Below are positions 8,412 through 16,830 of a DNA stretch of 42,346 nt, piece after piece (position 1 is the first letter of the stretch; each line of letters starts with the position of its first letter). The stretch lies in NCBI GenBank assembly GCA_964632375.1, contig CAZWBO010000003.1:3678-46023 (forward strand), written 5' to 3'. Made by a program: the position numbers and the translations under genes. Below the pieces are notes generated by a model. It was given only the letters and a program-made list of their open reading frames with translations. It had not been told where the DNA came from and searched no databases. The DNA is from an uncultured Candidatus Peribacteria bacterium (lineage in GTDB: Bacteria > Patescibacteriota > Gracilibacteria > Peribacterales > Peribacteraceae).

Positions 8412-8747
8412 CTATTTCCTCATCATCGGCTTCTCGGGCATGCCCGGTGCCATCTTCGCGTCATCAGATGTGCAGCAGCCGTTGCCTGTGCAGGCGCCAC
8501 TCTTGCATCCCTTCGCGCAGCAGGGGCAGATCTTCTTCATCATCTTCATGAAGGCCATCATCGATGCGATGAGTGCGATGGTGGCGACCGATGTTTCTGT
8601 CGCACCGAAAAACATTTCCTTAGCCACCACTTGTAACCGGTAGAGGCTGATGATGGCGATGATCGCCGTGGCGGCGTAGACGATGGCGAAGACGATGCTC
8701 GCGATTTTGCAGGGCAGACAGCTGCCGCCCGAACAGGATTGACACAT
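8412..8747 (-). CDS. Cys-rich two-helix membrane protein
   Basis: From the internal ATG (complement of 8745-8747): MCQSCSGGSCLPCKIASIVFAIVYAATAIIAIISL...ICPCCAKGCKSGACTGNGCCTSDD. Two hydrophobic helices are flanked by Cys clusters. No family recognised. Confidence 0.55.
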   Translation of the reverse strand: MCQSCSGGSCLPCKIASIVFAIVYAATAIIAIISLYRLQVVAKEMFFGATETSVATIALIASMMAFMKMMKKICPCCAKGCKSGACTGNGCCTSDDAKMAPGMPEKPMMRK

Positions 8748-8917
8748 GGAAAGGGAGGGGAAGGGAGTGATGGTGAGCGTACGGTGGCGAGCGGGCGAGT
8801 GCAATTGACGGATACAGCGCGCTCCCGTGCGTAGGCTTCCATTCCAAAGAATGCAGTGACACCGCATCATGTCGATCGTACAAGTCGGAATCGCGGCGCT
8901 TCGCGTAGAATACCCGC

Positions 8918-11500
8918 ATGCACGCACACGCCTCCATCGATGATGTCCTTGCGGCGCTCCACGCCGAGCGGCGCGGTCTTGACGACGCGGAGGTGGAGCG
9001 TCGCCGCGCGGAACACGGATGGAACGAGCTGCCCGAGAAGCATCGATCGTCTCTCCTACTTTTTCTGCGCCAGTTCAAGGACATCGTCGTCTACATTCTG
9101 GTCGTCGCACTCGTTCTGAGCGTGGTGTTACGATTGCTCGAGGGGCGTGCGAATGGATTCGAGGACCTGCTCGATGCGATCTTCATCTTGATCATCCTGC
9201 TGCTGAATGCGGCGCTCGGCTTCGTGCAGGAGTACAAGGCAGAGGAGGCGATTGCCGCGCTGCGCACGCTCACCGCACCGCAGGTGCGCGTGCGGCGCGA
9301 CGGCAAGGAACTGATGATTCCCTCGCGCGCCCTGGTGCCGGGCGATATCGTCGTCGTCGAGAGCGGAGACCGGATCGCGGCCGACGGCTGCATTGTCGCG
9401 GCATCGCACGTCGAGATGAACGAATCGAGCCTGACGGGAGAATCCCTCGCCGTTTCGAAGCAGGCCGTGCCGGTCGCGCGGGCGTCGTCCATTGCGGATC
9501 AGACGGACATGCTGTTCGCGGGTACGCACGTGACGCGCGGGTCGGCCGAGTACGTGGTGACGGCCATCGGTCTCCATACGGAGATCGGCAAGATCGCCGA
9601 CATCGTGTCGCGCACCGAGCTGCCCGAAACGCCCCTGGCGGCGCGCATGCGGCGGTTGAGCGGCGTGCTCGGCATCGTGGTGCTGTGCCTGTGCGCCGTG
9701 GTGGTGGGCGTGGGGATCGCGCGTCGCTTCGATCTGCTCTCCATTCTCCTGCTTGCCGTGAGCCTCGCGGTATCGGCGGTGCCGGAGGGATTGCCGGCCG
9801 TCGTCACGGCCACGCTCGCGGTGGGAGTGCGGCGCATGGCGGCGCGCAAAGCGTTCGTCCGGCAGCTGGATGCCCTCGAAACGCTCGGCAGCGTGACGGT
9901 GATCTGCAGCGACAAGACCGGCACCATCACCGAGAACCGCATGACGGTGCGTGAGGTATGGGTGGCCGACGACGGGCCCGGCGAGCGTGCGCTCGCCATC
10001 CGCATCGCGGCCTCGTGCAATCGTGCCGTCTTGCCCGATCTTGGCGACCCCACCGAACTCGGCCTGCTGCAGTTCGCCGAGCAGGAGCGGGTGGAGCGTC
10101 TGCTCATCGACGAGGAGGAAGTGCCGTTCACATCCGAAGAGAAGTACATGCAGACACGGCATGCGTTCGAAGAGCATGGAAAGAAGCGCATCGTGTCGTT
10201 CCTCAAGGGCGCGCCGGAGACTATCGCGGCGCACACGGGCAAGACATCGCTGCTCGAGCGCAGCGCGGAGATGTCTGCGCGCGGGCTGCGCGTGCTGGGA
10301 TTGGCGGTGCGCGACAACGATACCGGCAAGCCGCGCTTCGTGGGGCTCGTGGGCATGGAGGACCCGGTGCGTGCGGGCGTGCGCGAAGCGTTCGAGGAGG
10401 CGGAGCGTGCCGGCATCCGCACCATCATGATCACGGGCGACAGCCCGGAGACGGCGGCGGCGGTCGCGCGCGAGGTGGGCATTGGCTCGGAAGTGATGCG
10501 CGGCGAAGAGCTCGACACGCTCAAGCCGGCGGCGTTGCGCACCCGTCTCAAAACGGTGTCGGTGTTTGCCCGCGTCTCGCCGCTGCACAAGATGCAGATT
10601 CTCTCCGTGTTGCAGAAGAACGGCGAGGTGGTGGCCATGACGGGCGACGGCGTGAACGACGCGCCGGCGCTGAAGGCTGCCCACGTGGGAGTGGCCATGG
10701 GGCGCGTAGGCACGCAGGTGGCCAAGGAAGCGGCGAGCGTGGTGCTGGCCGACGACGATTACGCCACCATCGTGCTTGCCATCCGCGAGGGACGGCGCAT
10801 CTACGACAACATCCGCAAGTTTGTGCTGTACCTCCTGCGGGCGAACGTGGGGCAGATGCTGTTCATCACGGCATCGCTCATTGCGGGGTTGCCGCTGCCG
10901 TTCCTGCCGCTGCAGATTCTCTGGATCAACCTGATGACCGACGGGCTGCCCGCGCTGGCGCTCGGCGCGGAGCAGGCGGAAGAAGGCATCATGCGGCGTC
11001 CGCCGCGTCCCGCGAACGAGAGCATCTTCGCAGGCGAGTGGGTGCGCTTCGCCGTGTACGCGTTCACGGCGTTTTTGCTGCAGTTCGTGACGTTCGCGTG
11101 GTTGCTTGCGCACGGTGTGGAGGAGCAGCGAGCCCGCACGCTCCTCTTCACGCTGGCCATCCTCTTCGAGCTTCTGCTCGCCTTCACCACGCGCAGCAAC
11201 CGGCCGCTGTGGGAGATCGGCTTCTTCTCCAATCGCTTTCTGCTTGGCGCGGTGATGATTCCGCTCCTGCTCCAATTCGCACTGCTGTACACGCCGCTGC
11301 GGGGTGTGTTCATGCTGGTGCCGCTGACACTAGGCGAGTGGGAATTTGTTACAGGGTTGGCTCTCGCGACGTTCCTCGTGCTCGAATTCCTCAAGATGTT
11401 TCGTATCAGCAGCATGCTTGAATCGGCATTAAGCCGTTGGTGGACTGCACGGGGCGATAAGCGCCGCAATGTATCAACGCGGAAAACCAAGAGGGTGTAA
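8918..11500 (+). CDS. P2A-type (SERCA/PacL-like) cation-transporting P-type ATPase, probably Ca2+
   Basis: Motifs TGES, CSDKTGTITENRM, PEGLPAVVT, MITGDSPETA, MTGDGVNDAPALKAAHVGVAMG and LLWINLMTDGLPALALG. There is no CPC metal motif. Confidence 0.9.
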   Translation: MHAHASIDDVLAALHAERRGLDDAEVERRRAEHGWNELPEKHRSSLLLFLRQFKDIVVYILVVALVLSVVLRLLEGRANGFEDLLDAIFILIILLLNAALGFVQEYKAEEAIAALRTLTAPQVRVRRDGKELMIPSRALVPGDIVVVESGDRIAADGCIVAASHVEMNESSLTGESLAVSKQAVPVARASSIADQTDMLFAGTHVTRGSAEYVVTAIGLHTEIGKIADIVSRTELPETPLAARMRRLSGVLGIVVLCLCAVVVGVGIARRFDLLSILLLAVSLAVSAVPEGLPAVVTATLAVGVRRMAARKAFVRQLDALETLGSVTVICSDKTGTITENRMTVREVWVADDGPGERALAIRIAASCNRAVLPDLGDPTELGLLQFAEQERVERLLIDEEEVPFTSEEKYMQTRHAFEEHGKKRIVSFLKGAPETIAAHTGKTSLLERSAEMSARGLRVLGLAVRDNDTGKPRFVGLVGMEDPVRAGVREAFEEAERAGIRTIMITGDSPETAAAVAREVGIGSEVMRGEELDTLKPAALRTRLKTVSVFARVSPLHKMQILSVLQKNGEVVAMTGDGVNDAPALKAAHVGVAMGRVGTQVAKEAASVVLADDDYATIVLAIREGRRIYDNIRKFVLYLLRANVGQMLFITASLIAGLPLPFLPLQILWINLMTDGLPALALGAEQAEEGIMRRPPRPANESIFAGEWVRFAVYAFTAFLLQFVTFAWLLAHGVEEQRARTLLFTLAILFELLLAFTTRSNRPLWEIGFFSNRFLLGAVMIPLLLQFALLYTPLRGVFMLVPLTLGEWEFVTGLALATFLVLEFLKMFRISSMLESALSRWWTARGDKRRNVSTRKTKRV

Positions 11501-11958
11501 GGTGCGGCGGTGCCGGATCGTAAGACCAGACAGAAAGCCGCTTTTTCCACTCTGTCGACACGAAGAAAACAGTACTCGTTGCCGAAGGCTCGCTCCCATG
11601 CCCCTGGAAGAGCTTTGACTTCGTCATCTTCGCCTCTGTTTGGAAGGCGGATTGAGGGAATCGATACGCGTACGGCGTCGGTTCAGCCTGTATAGAACAA
11701 CGAGGCCCCGACGGTGTCGATGCCTCGTGTTCGCTCCCTTATCCCTTTTCCTGTTCCGATACCGTGTGCGTTCCGCTGAGCGCGTGCCGGTGATGTCGCC
11801 TCCGGATGGAGACACGTCTGATGACGCGGTGTCGGAGTGGGGATTACAAGAAAGAGAAAGAATGTCATTCATTGTCGAGAATCCTGCAGTATCTGCTGAG
11901 GACCGAAAGCTCTCGTCGTCGCACTCGTCGGATTCCTCGCACTTTCTTCCGTCTCGCA

Positions 11959-11987
11959 TTGCCAACTGCACGTACAGCCTCTATATC
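11959..11987 (+). promoter_or_regulatory. sigma70-like promoter candidate (TTGCCA-N17-TATATC)
   Basis: Hexamers read directly; about 85 nt upstream of the likely start of the DUF1704-like gene. Confidence 0.3.
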
Positions 11988-12069
11988 ACACCCTGTGATT
12001 CCATCCACGTCGCCGCTGCCGGAAATTGCCGCGTACCTCGCTCGCCAGAAGCGCGTGAAGAAAGTGCGC

Positions 12070-13425
12070 ATGCCGCGGCGCGACGAGATGCCGCAGGAGC
12101 TGCGGGAGACTATGAACGACATCGCCGCGCTCACGCGCACGTGGAACCCGGTCGAGATCTACACGGCGGATCCGGATTCCATCGCCGCCGAGCGCGAGCG
12201 GTTCTTCGCGGCGTACCGCCGCAACGAAGAATACAACCCGCGGTTCACGTACTCGTACGCCGAGTCGCTTTCGCTCGGCGACAGCCGCGAAAAATTGGAA
12301 GCCCTCCTGGAGCGGCTGAGTCGATTCAAGGCCGAGGGACGCACGCTGTCGATCGCGAAGCTGGCGCTGCACTTCAAGATCAAAGACGATCTCGCGACGT
12401 GCGATTTGGTGGAAGGCCTGCAGCGGAAGGATGAGCGGCGGATCGCGCAGGCCGTGCAGTACAAGTATCCGGGCACGGATCGCGTGCTCCTGCGCATCGC
12501 GCAGGAGGATTTCGAGCGGCGTACGCGCGAGAAGCAACCTCCCGGAGAGCATGTGAGCCTGCTGAACGCGCGGCAGAAGGCGCACATCCGTTCCCTCACG
12601 TTCGATGCCGAGGATTTCCGTGCGGCGTTCTCGTGGGCGCTGGACCAGTACGGCATTTTGCGGACGGACGGTTCGTCCAGGCACGGATTCAAAGTGGCGA
12701 TCGACGAGCGTGCCACGGCTATCGACGTGCGCGATAAATCCGTCCTCGGTCCTACCGTGTTCATCCCCACGTTGACCAAGGGGAACGGCGAGAGTTTGCT
12801 GCGCCTCATTGCGCACGAGATCGAGGGCCATGCGCGCCAGTCGGCCAACGGCGAGCAGCTGTTCCTCTTCGGCGGCGGCGAGCTGAAGATCGATGACGAG
12901 ACGCTCTACGAGGGTTTAGCCATGCGCCACGAGCACGAATTCCATCTGAGGCACTTCGGCGGCCACGACGGATCGCCGCTGCCGGACATCTACACCTTTG
13001 CCGTGCAGCTCGCCGAGAACGGTGCTTCGTTCAGCGAGATCTTCCGTGAGCAACGCCAACGACAACTGCACCTCTTCCTGCACGTTCTGCCGCATGAAGA
13101 TCTTCCTGCAGCCATCGATCCCGTTCTTCTCCAGCGTGTCGAACGCTTGGCGTGGCGCACCACCTACCGCGTGATGCGCGGCCACCTGGACACGTCCAAC
13201 AAGACAGGCTTCGCCATGGCGAAGGATCTCGCGTACCTCCGCGGGTGGATCCTCGACCGCCAGCTGCGCTCACACGGTCATGGCCACGTCAACGAAGCCG
13301 CGATCTTGTCCATCGGCGCGCTACGCGTGCTCGCGGAGTTCAGTCTCTCGGCAGAGGATCTCCCGCATCCGTACAAGGATGTGACGTCGGAGTATGTGGG
13401 GAAGTTGCTGGGGAGGGAGAAGTGA
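12070..13425 (+). CDS. DUF1704 / QEGLA-motif (MATCAP-like) putative metallocarboxypeptidase
   Basis: HEIEGHA zinc motif and LYEGLAM (QEGLA-type) motif in the C-terminal 451 aa of the 539-aa track ORF. The start is uncertain: ATG 12070, or GTG 12055/12064. Confidence 0.75.
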   Translation: MPRRDEMPQELRETMNDIAALTRTWNPVEIYTADPDSIAAERERFFAAYRRNEEYNPRFTYSYAESLSLGDSREKLEALLERLSRFKAEGRTLSIAKLALHFKIKDDLATCDLVEGLQRKDERRIAQAVQYKYPGTDRVLLRIAQEDFERRTREKQPPGEHVSLLNARQKAHIRSLTFDAEDFRAAFSWALDQYGILRTDGSSRHGFKVAIDERATAIDVRDKSVLGPTVFIPTLTKGNGESLLRLIAHEIEGHARQSANGEQLFLFGGGELKIDDETLYEGLAMRHEHEFHLRHFGGHDGSPLPDIYTFAVQLAENGASFSEIFREQRQRQLHLFLHVLPHEDLPAAIDPVLLQRVERLAWRTTYRVMRGHLDTSNKTGFAMAKDLAYLRGWILDRQLRSHGHGHVNEAAILSIGALRVLAEFSLSAEDLPHPYKDVTSEYVGKLLGREK

Positions 13426-13433
13426 GGAAGACG

Positions 13434-13478
13434 AAGAATCCGTGGGATGCCAGGAATCCGAAGAATCCAACGAATGAT
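13434..13478. repeat. tandem about 9-nt oligorepeat, GGAATCC family
   Basis: gaagaatcc gtgggatgcc aggaatcc gaagaatcc aacgaatga, directly after the stop at 13425. An inverted relative lies at 28081-28117. Confidence 0.75.
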
Positions 13479-13490
13479 AAATATTCCGTA

Positions 13491-13522
13491 GCAGCGATTC
13501 GTAATCGCTGCGGGTGTCTTTT
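13491..13522 (+). terminator. rho-independent terminator
   Basis: GCAGCGATT-cgt-AATCGCTGC (perfect 9 bp) followed by gggtgtcTTTT. Confidence 0.65.
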
Positions 13523-13718
13523 GCATTCATCATACCACTTCGCGTTTGAAGTGATACCAATCGGCCACACCTGTATGGCAAAGAACTTGATTTTGGCAAA
13601 CGCTACGAGGCACGAGAGGAGAGAGCGTTTGATGCTTCGGATTCGCATCCTTTCCATTGCAAGTTGGCATCAGGTTTGCAAAAAACTTGCATTACTTGCT
13701 GATTCGATGTCTGGTACA

Positions 13719-13747
13719 TAGTCTGATGGGAAAAAATCGGCTATACT
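13719..13747 (+). promoter_or_regulatory. promoter candidate TAGTCT-N17-TATACT, 6 nt before the ATG (leaderless?)
   Basis: The -10-like TATACT at 13742-13747 sits 6 nt upstream of the ATG at 13754. An upstream 8-bp inverted repeat TGCAAGTT/AACTTGCA lies at 13658-13691. Confidence 0.25.
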
Positions 13748-13753
13748 ACTTCG

Positions 13754-14722
13754 ATGCCTTCCAAACGAACACTCTTCTCCGGTGCGGCAGTGATGGTGAG
13801 CATGCTGTTGCTGCTGATTCCTGCGTACCTGTACACCGAAACCTCGCTCACCGCCGAGTTGAGCGCGAGTACTTCGAGCGCTGCTCCCCACTGCGGCAAC
13901 GGGATCGTCGAGCCCGGTGAAGATTGCGACGATGCGAACCAGGTGGTGCAGGACGGTTGCAGTTTGTGTCGGCTGGAAGAAGGGTATATGTGCCGCGGCG
14001 CGCCGAGTGTCTGCGTGCCGGCCAACGATGCGCCGGGGTGCGGCAACGGGCAGATTGACGAGGGCGAGCAGTGCGACGATGCCAACAAGCTGGATGGCGA
14101 CGGATGCGCCGGCACCTGTCAGATCGAAGCGGGTTTCCTGTGCGAAAGCCAGCCGAGCACCTGCCGGTCCACTGGTTTCTCATCTTCCTCTTCCAGTTCC
14201 AGCAGCAGTGAATTGTCGTCCTCGATTGCGAGTGTTCCGGCATCATCCAGTACGCCGATTGCCTTGCCTTCTTCGTCTTCGAGCATCGTCGCGGCTCCGG
14301 CTGCGAGTGCCAGCAGCACGCCTGCGCCCGCAACTTCATCGAGCAGTCTCACGGGACGTACACGCACGCAGACATCGTTTTCGCGCGCCCCGATCACGAA
14401 TGATCTGACACCCACTTGCGGCAACGGATTCATCGAGAGGGGAGAAGTATGCGATGACGGCGGGACGAGCGATGGCGATGGTTGTTCGGCGACTTGCCAG
14501 GTCGAAAGGGGCTACGCGTGCCGCGACACGCCGAGTTTCTGCGAGATCAAATGCGGCGACGGCATCATCTTGGGTGGCGAGATCTGCGACGACGGGAACA
14601 CCGCCGATGCCGACGGCTGCAATGCCACGTGCCATATCGAGTTCGGTTTCCAGTGCAAGGGCGAGCCGAGCAAGTGTTTGTTGCTTTCCACGGGAGGGTC
14701 GTCGAGCAGTGTGTCCTCTTAG
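13754..14722 (+). CDS. membrane-anchored/secreted protein with four Myxococcus-type cysteine-rich repeats and a Ser-rich linker
   Basis: Four copies of CGNG..E.GE.CDD.N...GDGC...C..E.G..C (TIGR02232 / DUF4215-type), an N-terminal hydrophobic anchor, and a linker SSSSSSSSSELSSSIASVPASSSTP... Confidence 0.85.
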   Translation: MPSKRTLFSGAAVMVSMLLLLIPAYLYTETSLTAELSASTSSAAPHCGNGIVEPGEDCDDANQVVQDGCSLCRLEEGYMCRGAPSVCVPANDAPGCGNGQIDEGEQCDDANKLDGDGCAGTCQIEAGFLCESQPSTCRSTGFSSSSSSSSSSELSSSIASVPASSSTPIALPSSSSSIVAAPAASASSTPAPATSSSSLTGRTRTQTSFSRAPITNDLTPTCGNGFIERGEVCDDGGTSDGDGCSATCQVERGYACRDTPSFCEIKCGDGIILGGEICDDGNTADADGCNATCHIEFGFQCKGEPSKCLLLSTGGSSSSVSS

Positions 14723-14771
14723 GCGGGAACGTGAGCCTTGGATATTGAGTGTCGCTCCTTGAATAATTGTA

Positions 14772-14800
14772 TCAAGACTCAAGACTTCAAGATTGCAAAG
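14772..14800. repeat. tandem oligorepeat, CTTG/CAAG family (inverted orientation)
   Basis: tcaagactcaagacttcaagattgcaaag. Its reverse complement ctttgcaatcttgaagtcttgagtcttga shares ctttgcaatcttg and agtcttga with 41864-41893. Confidence 0.75.
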
Positions 14801-14937
14801 AAAACCCAACGGAAATTCACAAGTGAAACGCATACCCGAGGCATGGCCTGCAGCGTAGCGGAAGGCCATTCCGGGCAGGACTTTCATCGGCGGACACGGG
14901 TAAAGGGACGGCGTTCTCCTTCCACCCCTTCTAGCGT

Positions 14938-15064
14938 ATGGCCCACCTTACCAGATCGAGGCGCGATCAGATCGAAGCTCCGCATCGCGCCCGTCATCCG
15001 CAGAAAACCATTGCAAGGATTGTCGGCTGCCACCAACGGGAGGAAGGTGCTGGGCGAGCAGTAA
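14938..15064 (+). pseudogene. degenerate remnant of an IS30-family transposase N-terminal HTH
   Basis: AHLTRSRRDQIEAPHRARHPQKTIARIVG, then after a frame shift SAATNGRKVLGEQ*. This aligns by eye with IS30 InsI AHLTLSEREEIRAGLSAKMSIRAIATALNRSPSTISREVQRN. No catalytic DDE part is present. Confidence 0.35.
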
Positions 15065-15126
15065 CCTGCGAGGGAATGACGTACCCGCATGTCGAACAGC
15101 CGGCATCTACCGCTACCGCAGCGCTG

Positions 15127-16098
15127 CTACGATTTTTCTTGCATCAATTGCTTCAATAGCCCTTTCGCCTGCCCGATCACCACTTCCGGCAAAAACAGTC
15201 CGCGCTTGACGAAGTTGCTGTCGGTTTCCCAGAACCAGCGCGTGTCGATGAATTTCAGCCCGTCTGCGCTGAGAATGATGTTGTCCGTCTTCGTGAGCCA
15301 GTCGAACGCCTGGAGCACCGGGTAGCGCGGGCGCGTGTCCGGGAGCAATTGTCGCTCGCGGTGCGTGAGGAGCAGGAGGATGAGGAACAGAATGCACTGG
15401 TCGCGCGTCGCCGCGTCGATGTTCCCTAAATCGAGATCGTGTACATGCGTGCCGGCGATGTATTCTTGAAATACGAAGAACGTTTGCTGCCCGCGGTTTT
15501 GGGGCGAGAGCGGCTCGCCCATCAGCAGGTATTCTTTTGGAAGAAAATTGTGGTGCCGGAAGGGCCCTTCGAGAATCGGCTCGATGCGTCCCGCGAGCTC
15601 GATGCCGTAGTCGGCTTCGATGTCGGGGATTTTCTGCGTGAGCGTGCGCCGCACGTCGCGCTGCAGCTCCACGAGGCGTTCAAGTCGCGGGTGGAAGTAC
15701 GGAGCGGATCCGTCGCGCGGCTCGAAGTAGCCGAAGAATTCGGCGAACTGCAGATACAAGCCGTACTGGCGGCCGATCTCCTCTTCGGTCGGCAGGAATG
15801 TCTGCGAGAACTGCTTCCATACCGTCTCGGTGAGTTTGGCGGGGATCGCGACCTTCACGTTCTTGAAGAGGTGAAAATCCATGTCCCAGCGGCCTTCTTT
15901 CACCACCCACGGTTCGTCTCGGATGCGGAACACGCGTGCTTGCAGGCCATCCGCGAGCGCGTCGAACGTGTGACAATCCAGTAACTCGCGCATGGGAGCA
16001 GGGTGCACATCCGCGGGATCGTAGATCGCGTGGAGGCGAAGCCAGTGCTCCAGATTGAATTTGCAATCGTCTGCCGGCGAGCTGGAATCGGTCATCAT
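15127..16098 (-). CDS. hypothetical protein, possibly protein-kinase-like fold
   Basis: C-terminal 323 aa of the 532-aa track ORF, starting MMTDSSSPADD (ATG = complement of 16096-16098). It contains VVKEG, FVFQEYIAG, LLPDTRPRY and NIILSADGLKFIDT, which resemble the kinase beta3-Lys, hinge, catalytic-loop and DFG-equivalent segments. The upstream part overlaps the plus-strand methyltransferase and looks spurious. Confidence 0.6.
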   Translation of the reverse strand: MMTDSSSPADDCKFNLEHWLRLHAIYDPADVHPAPMRELLDCHTFDALADGLQARVFRIRDEPWVVKEGRWDMDFHLFKNVKVAIPAKLTETVWKQFSQTFLPTEEEIGRQYGLYLQFAEFFGYFEPRDGSAPYFHPRLERLVELQRDVRRTLTQKIPDIEADYGIELAGRIEPILEGPFRHHNFLPKEYLLMGEPLSPQNRGQQTFFVFQEYIAGTHVHDLDLGNIDAATRDQCILFLILLLLTHRERQLLPDTRPRYPVLQAFDWLTKTDNIILSADGLKFIDTRWFWETDSNFVKRGLFLPEVVIGQAKGLLKQLMQEKS

Positions 16099-16257
16099 GA
16101 CAGTGTCTGAAGCGTAGAGCCTGCGGGAGCGTTGGCCAAGCGGCGTGGCGTTCTGCGTCGCTGTAGAACGCCTTTCGCGGCTCTTGCGCGAGCAAAACTC
16201 ACTGTCGTCCGATTTTTCCGGTGGCGATCGTGGCGTGTTCGTCCTACTGTGAGTCCT

Positions 16258-16794
16258 ATGCTCCTGTTCGATCTCGCGCTGCTCGTCATCATCTTCCTCA
16301 TCGGCTTCGTGGTGATCACGGCCGCGTATTTCATCCGCTTCGATGTGCCGGCCGTGCCGAGCCCGTCCGCGATTGCGCGCGCCATGGTGGAGGCGGCCGA
16401 GATGAAAGGCACCGAGACGGTGATGGATTTGGGCGCGGGCGACGGGCGCATCCTCATCGAGGCGAAGCGACGTTTCCCCGGCATCACCGCTATTGGGTAC
16501 GAACTGGTGCCTACCATCTGGTGGCTCGGCTCGCTGCGCGTGTGGTGGTCCGGACAGCACATCGATTGGCGCTGCGCGGATGCGATGGATGCCGATGTGC
16601 GGCAAGCGAATATCATCTTCCTCTACGTCACGCCCGAGATGATGCAGCGGCTGGAGGAGAAGTTCGACCGCGAACTCCGTATGGGTACCAAGGTGGTGTC
16701 GCATGTTTTCACGTTCAAGAATCACATCCCCATCGCGAAAGTGCCGGTGCCGTGGAAGGGGGGCGAGAAGATGGTGCGGGTGTATGAGTGGTAA
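16258..16794 (+). CDS. class I SAM-dependent methyltransferase with N-terminal membrane anchor
   Basis: From ATG 16258: MLLFDLALLVIIFLIGFVVITAAYF..., then motif I VMDLGAGDGRILI. Confidence 0.75.
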   Translation: MLLFDLALLVIIFLIGFVVITAAYFIRFDVPAVPSPSAIARAMVEAAEMKGTETVMDLGAGDGRILIEAKRRFPGITAIGYELVPTIWWLGSLRVWWSGQHIDWRCADAMDADVRQANIIFLYVTPEMMQRLEEKFDRELRMGTKVVSHVFTFKNHIPIAKVPVPWKGGEKMVRVYEW

Positions 16795-16805
16795 GTACGA
16801 CGAGG

Positions 16806-16830
16806 TTTATTGGTTGATTGGTTTATTAGG
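16806..16830. repeat. tandem 8-nt oligorepeat, ATTGGTTN family, overlapping the comEC 3' end
   Basis: tttattggttgattggtttattagg. The 19-mer attggttgattggtttatt (16809-16827) is identical to 18843-18861. On the minus strand it encodes the ComEC tail NKPINQ*. Confidence 0.85.

Noticed and set aside
9128-11275. 715-aa ORF antisense to the P-type ATPase.
   Set aside because: This is a typical shadow ORF of a GC-rich gene. It is Arg/His/Gly/Ala-rich and low-complexity with no recognisable motifs, whereas the sense strand encodes a complete, motif-perfect ATPase.
8918-11500. Heavy-metal (CopA/ZntA-type) ATPase linked to the neighbouring Met- and Cys-rich proteins.
   Set aside because: The pump has PEGLPAVVT and SERCA-like TM6 and TM8 motifs. 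It has no CPC/CPH motif and no N-terminal CxxC metal-binding domain.
14871-14892. Minus-strand GAUGAAAGUCCUGCCCG, resembling the RNase P RNA CR-I motif GAGGAAAGUCCGGGC.
   Set aside because: The motif sits only about 100 nt from the neighbouring gene and oligorepeat, on the wrong side for a 350-400-nt RNase P RNA. I found none of the other conserved regions (GGUAAGAGC..., ACAGAA.CCGGCUUA). The region is better explained as an IS30-like remnant.
15025-15034. gctgccacca, which looks like a tRNA or tmRNA 3' end with encoded CCA.
   Set aside because: There is no T-arm (GGTTCGAATCC-like) or acceptor-stem complement upstream. No tRNA-like cloverleaf could be drawn anywhere in the window.
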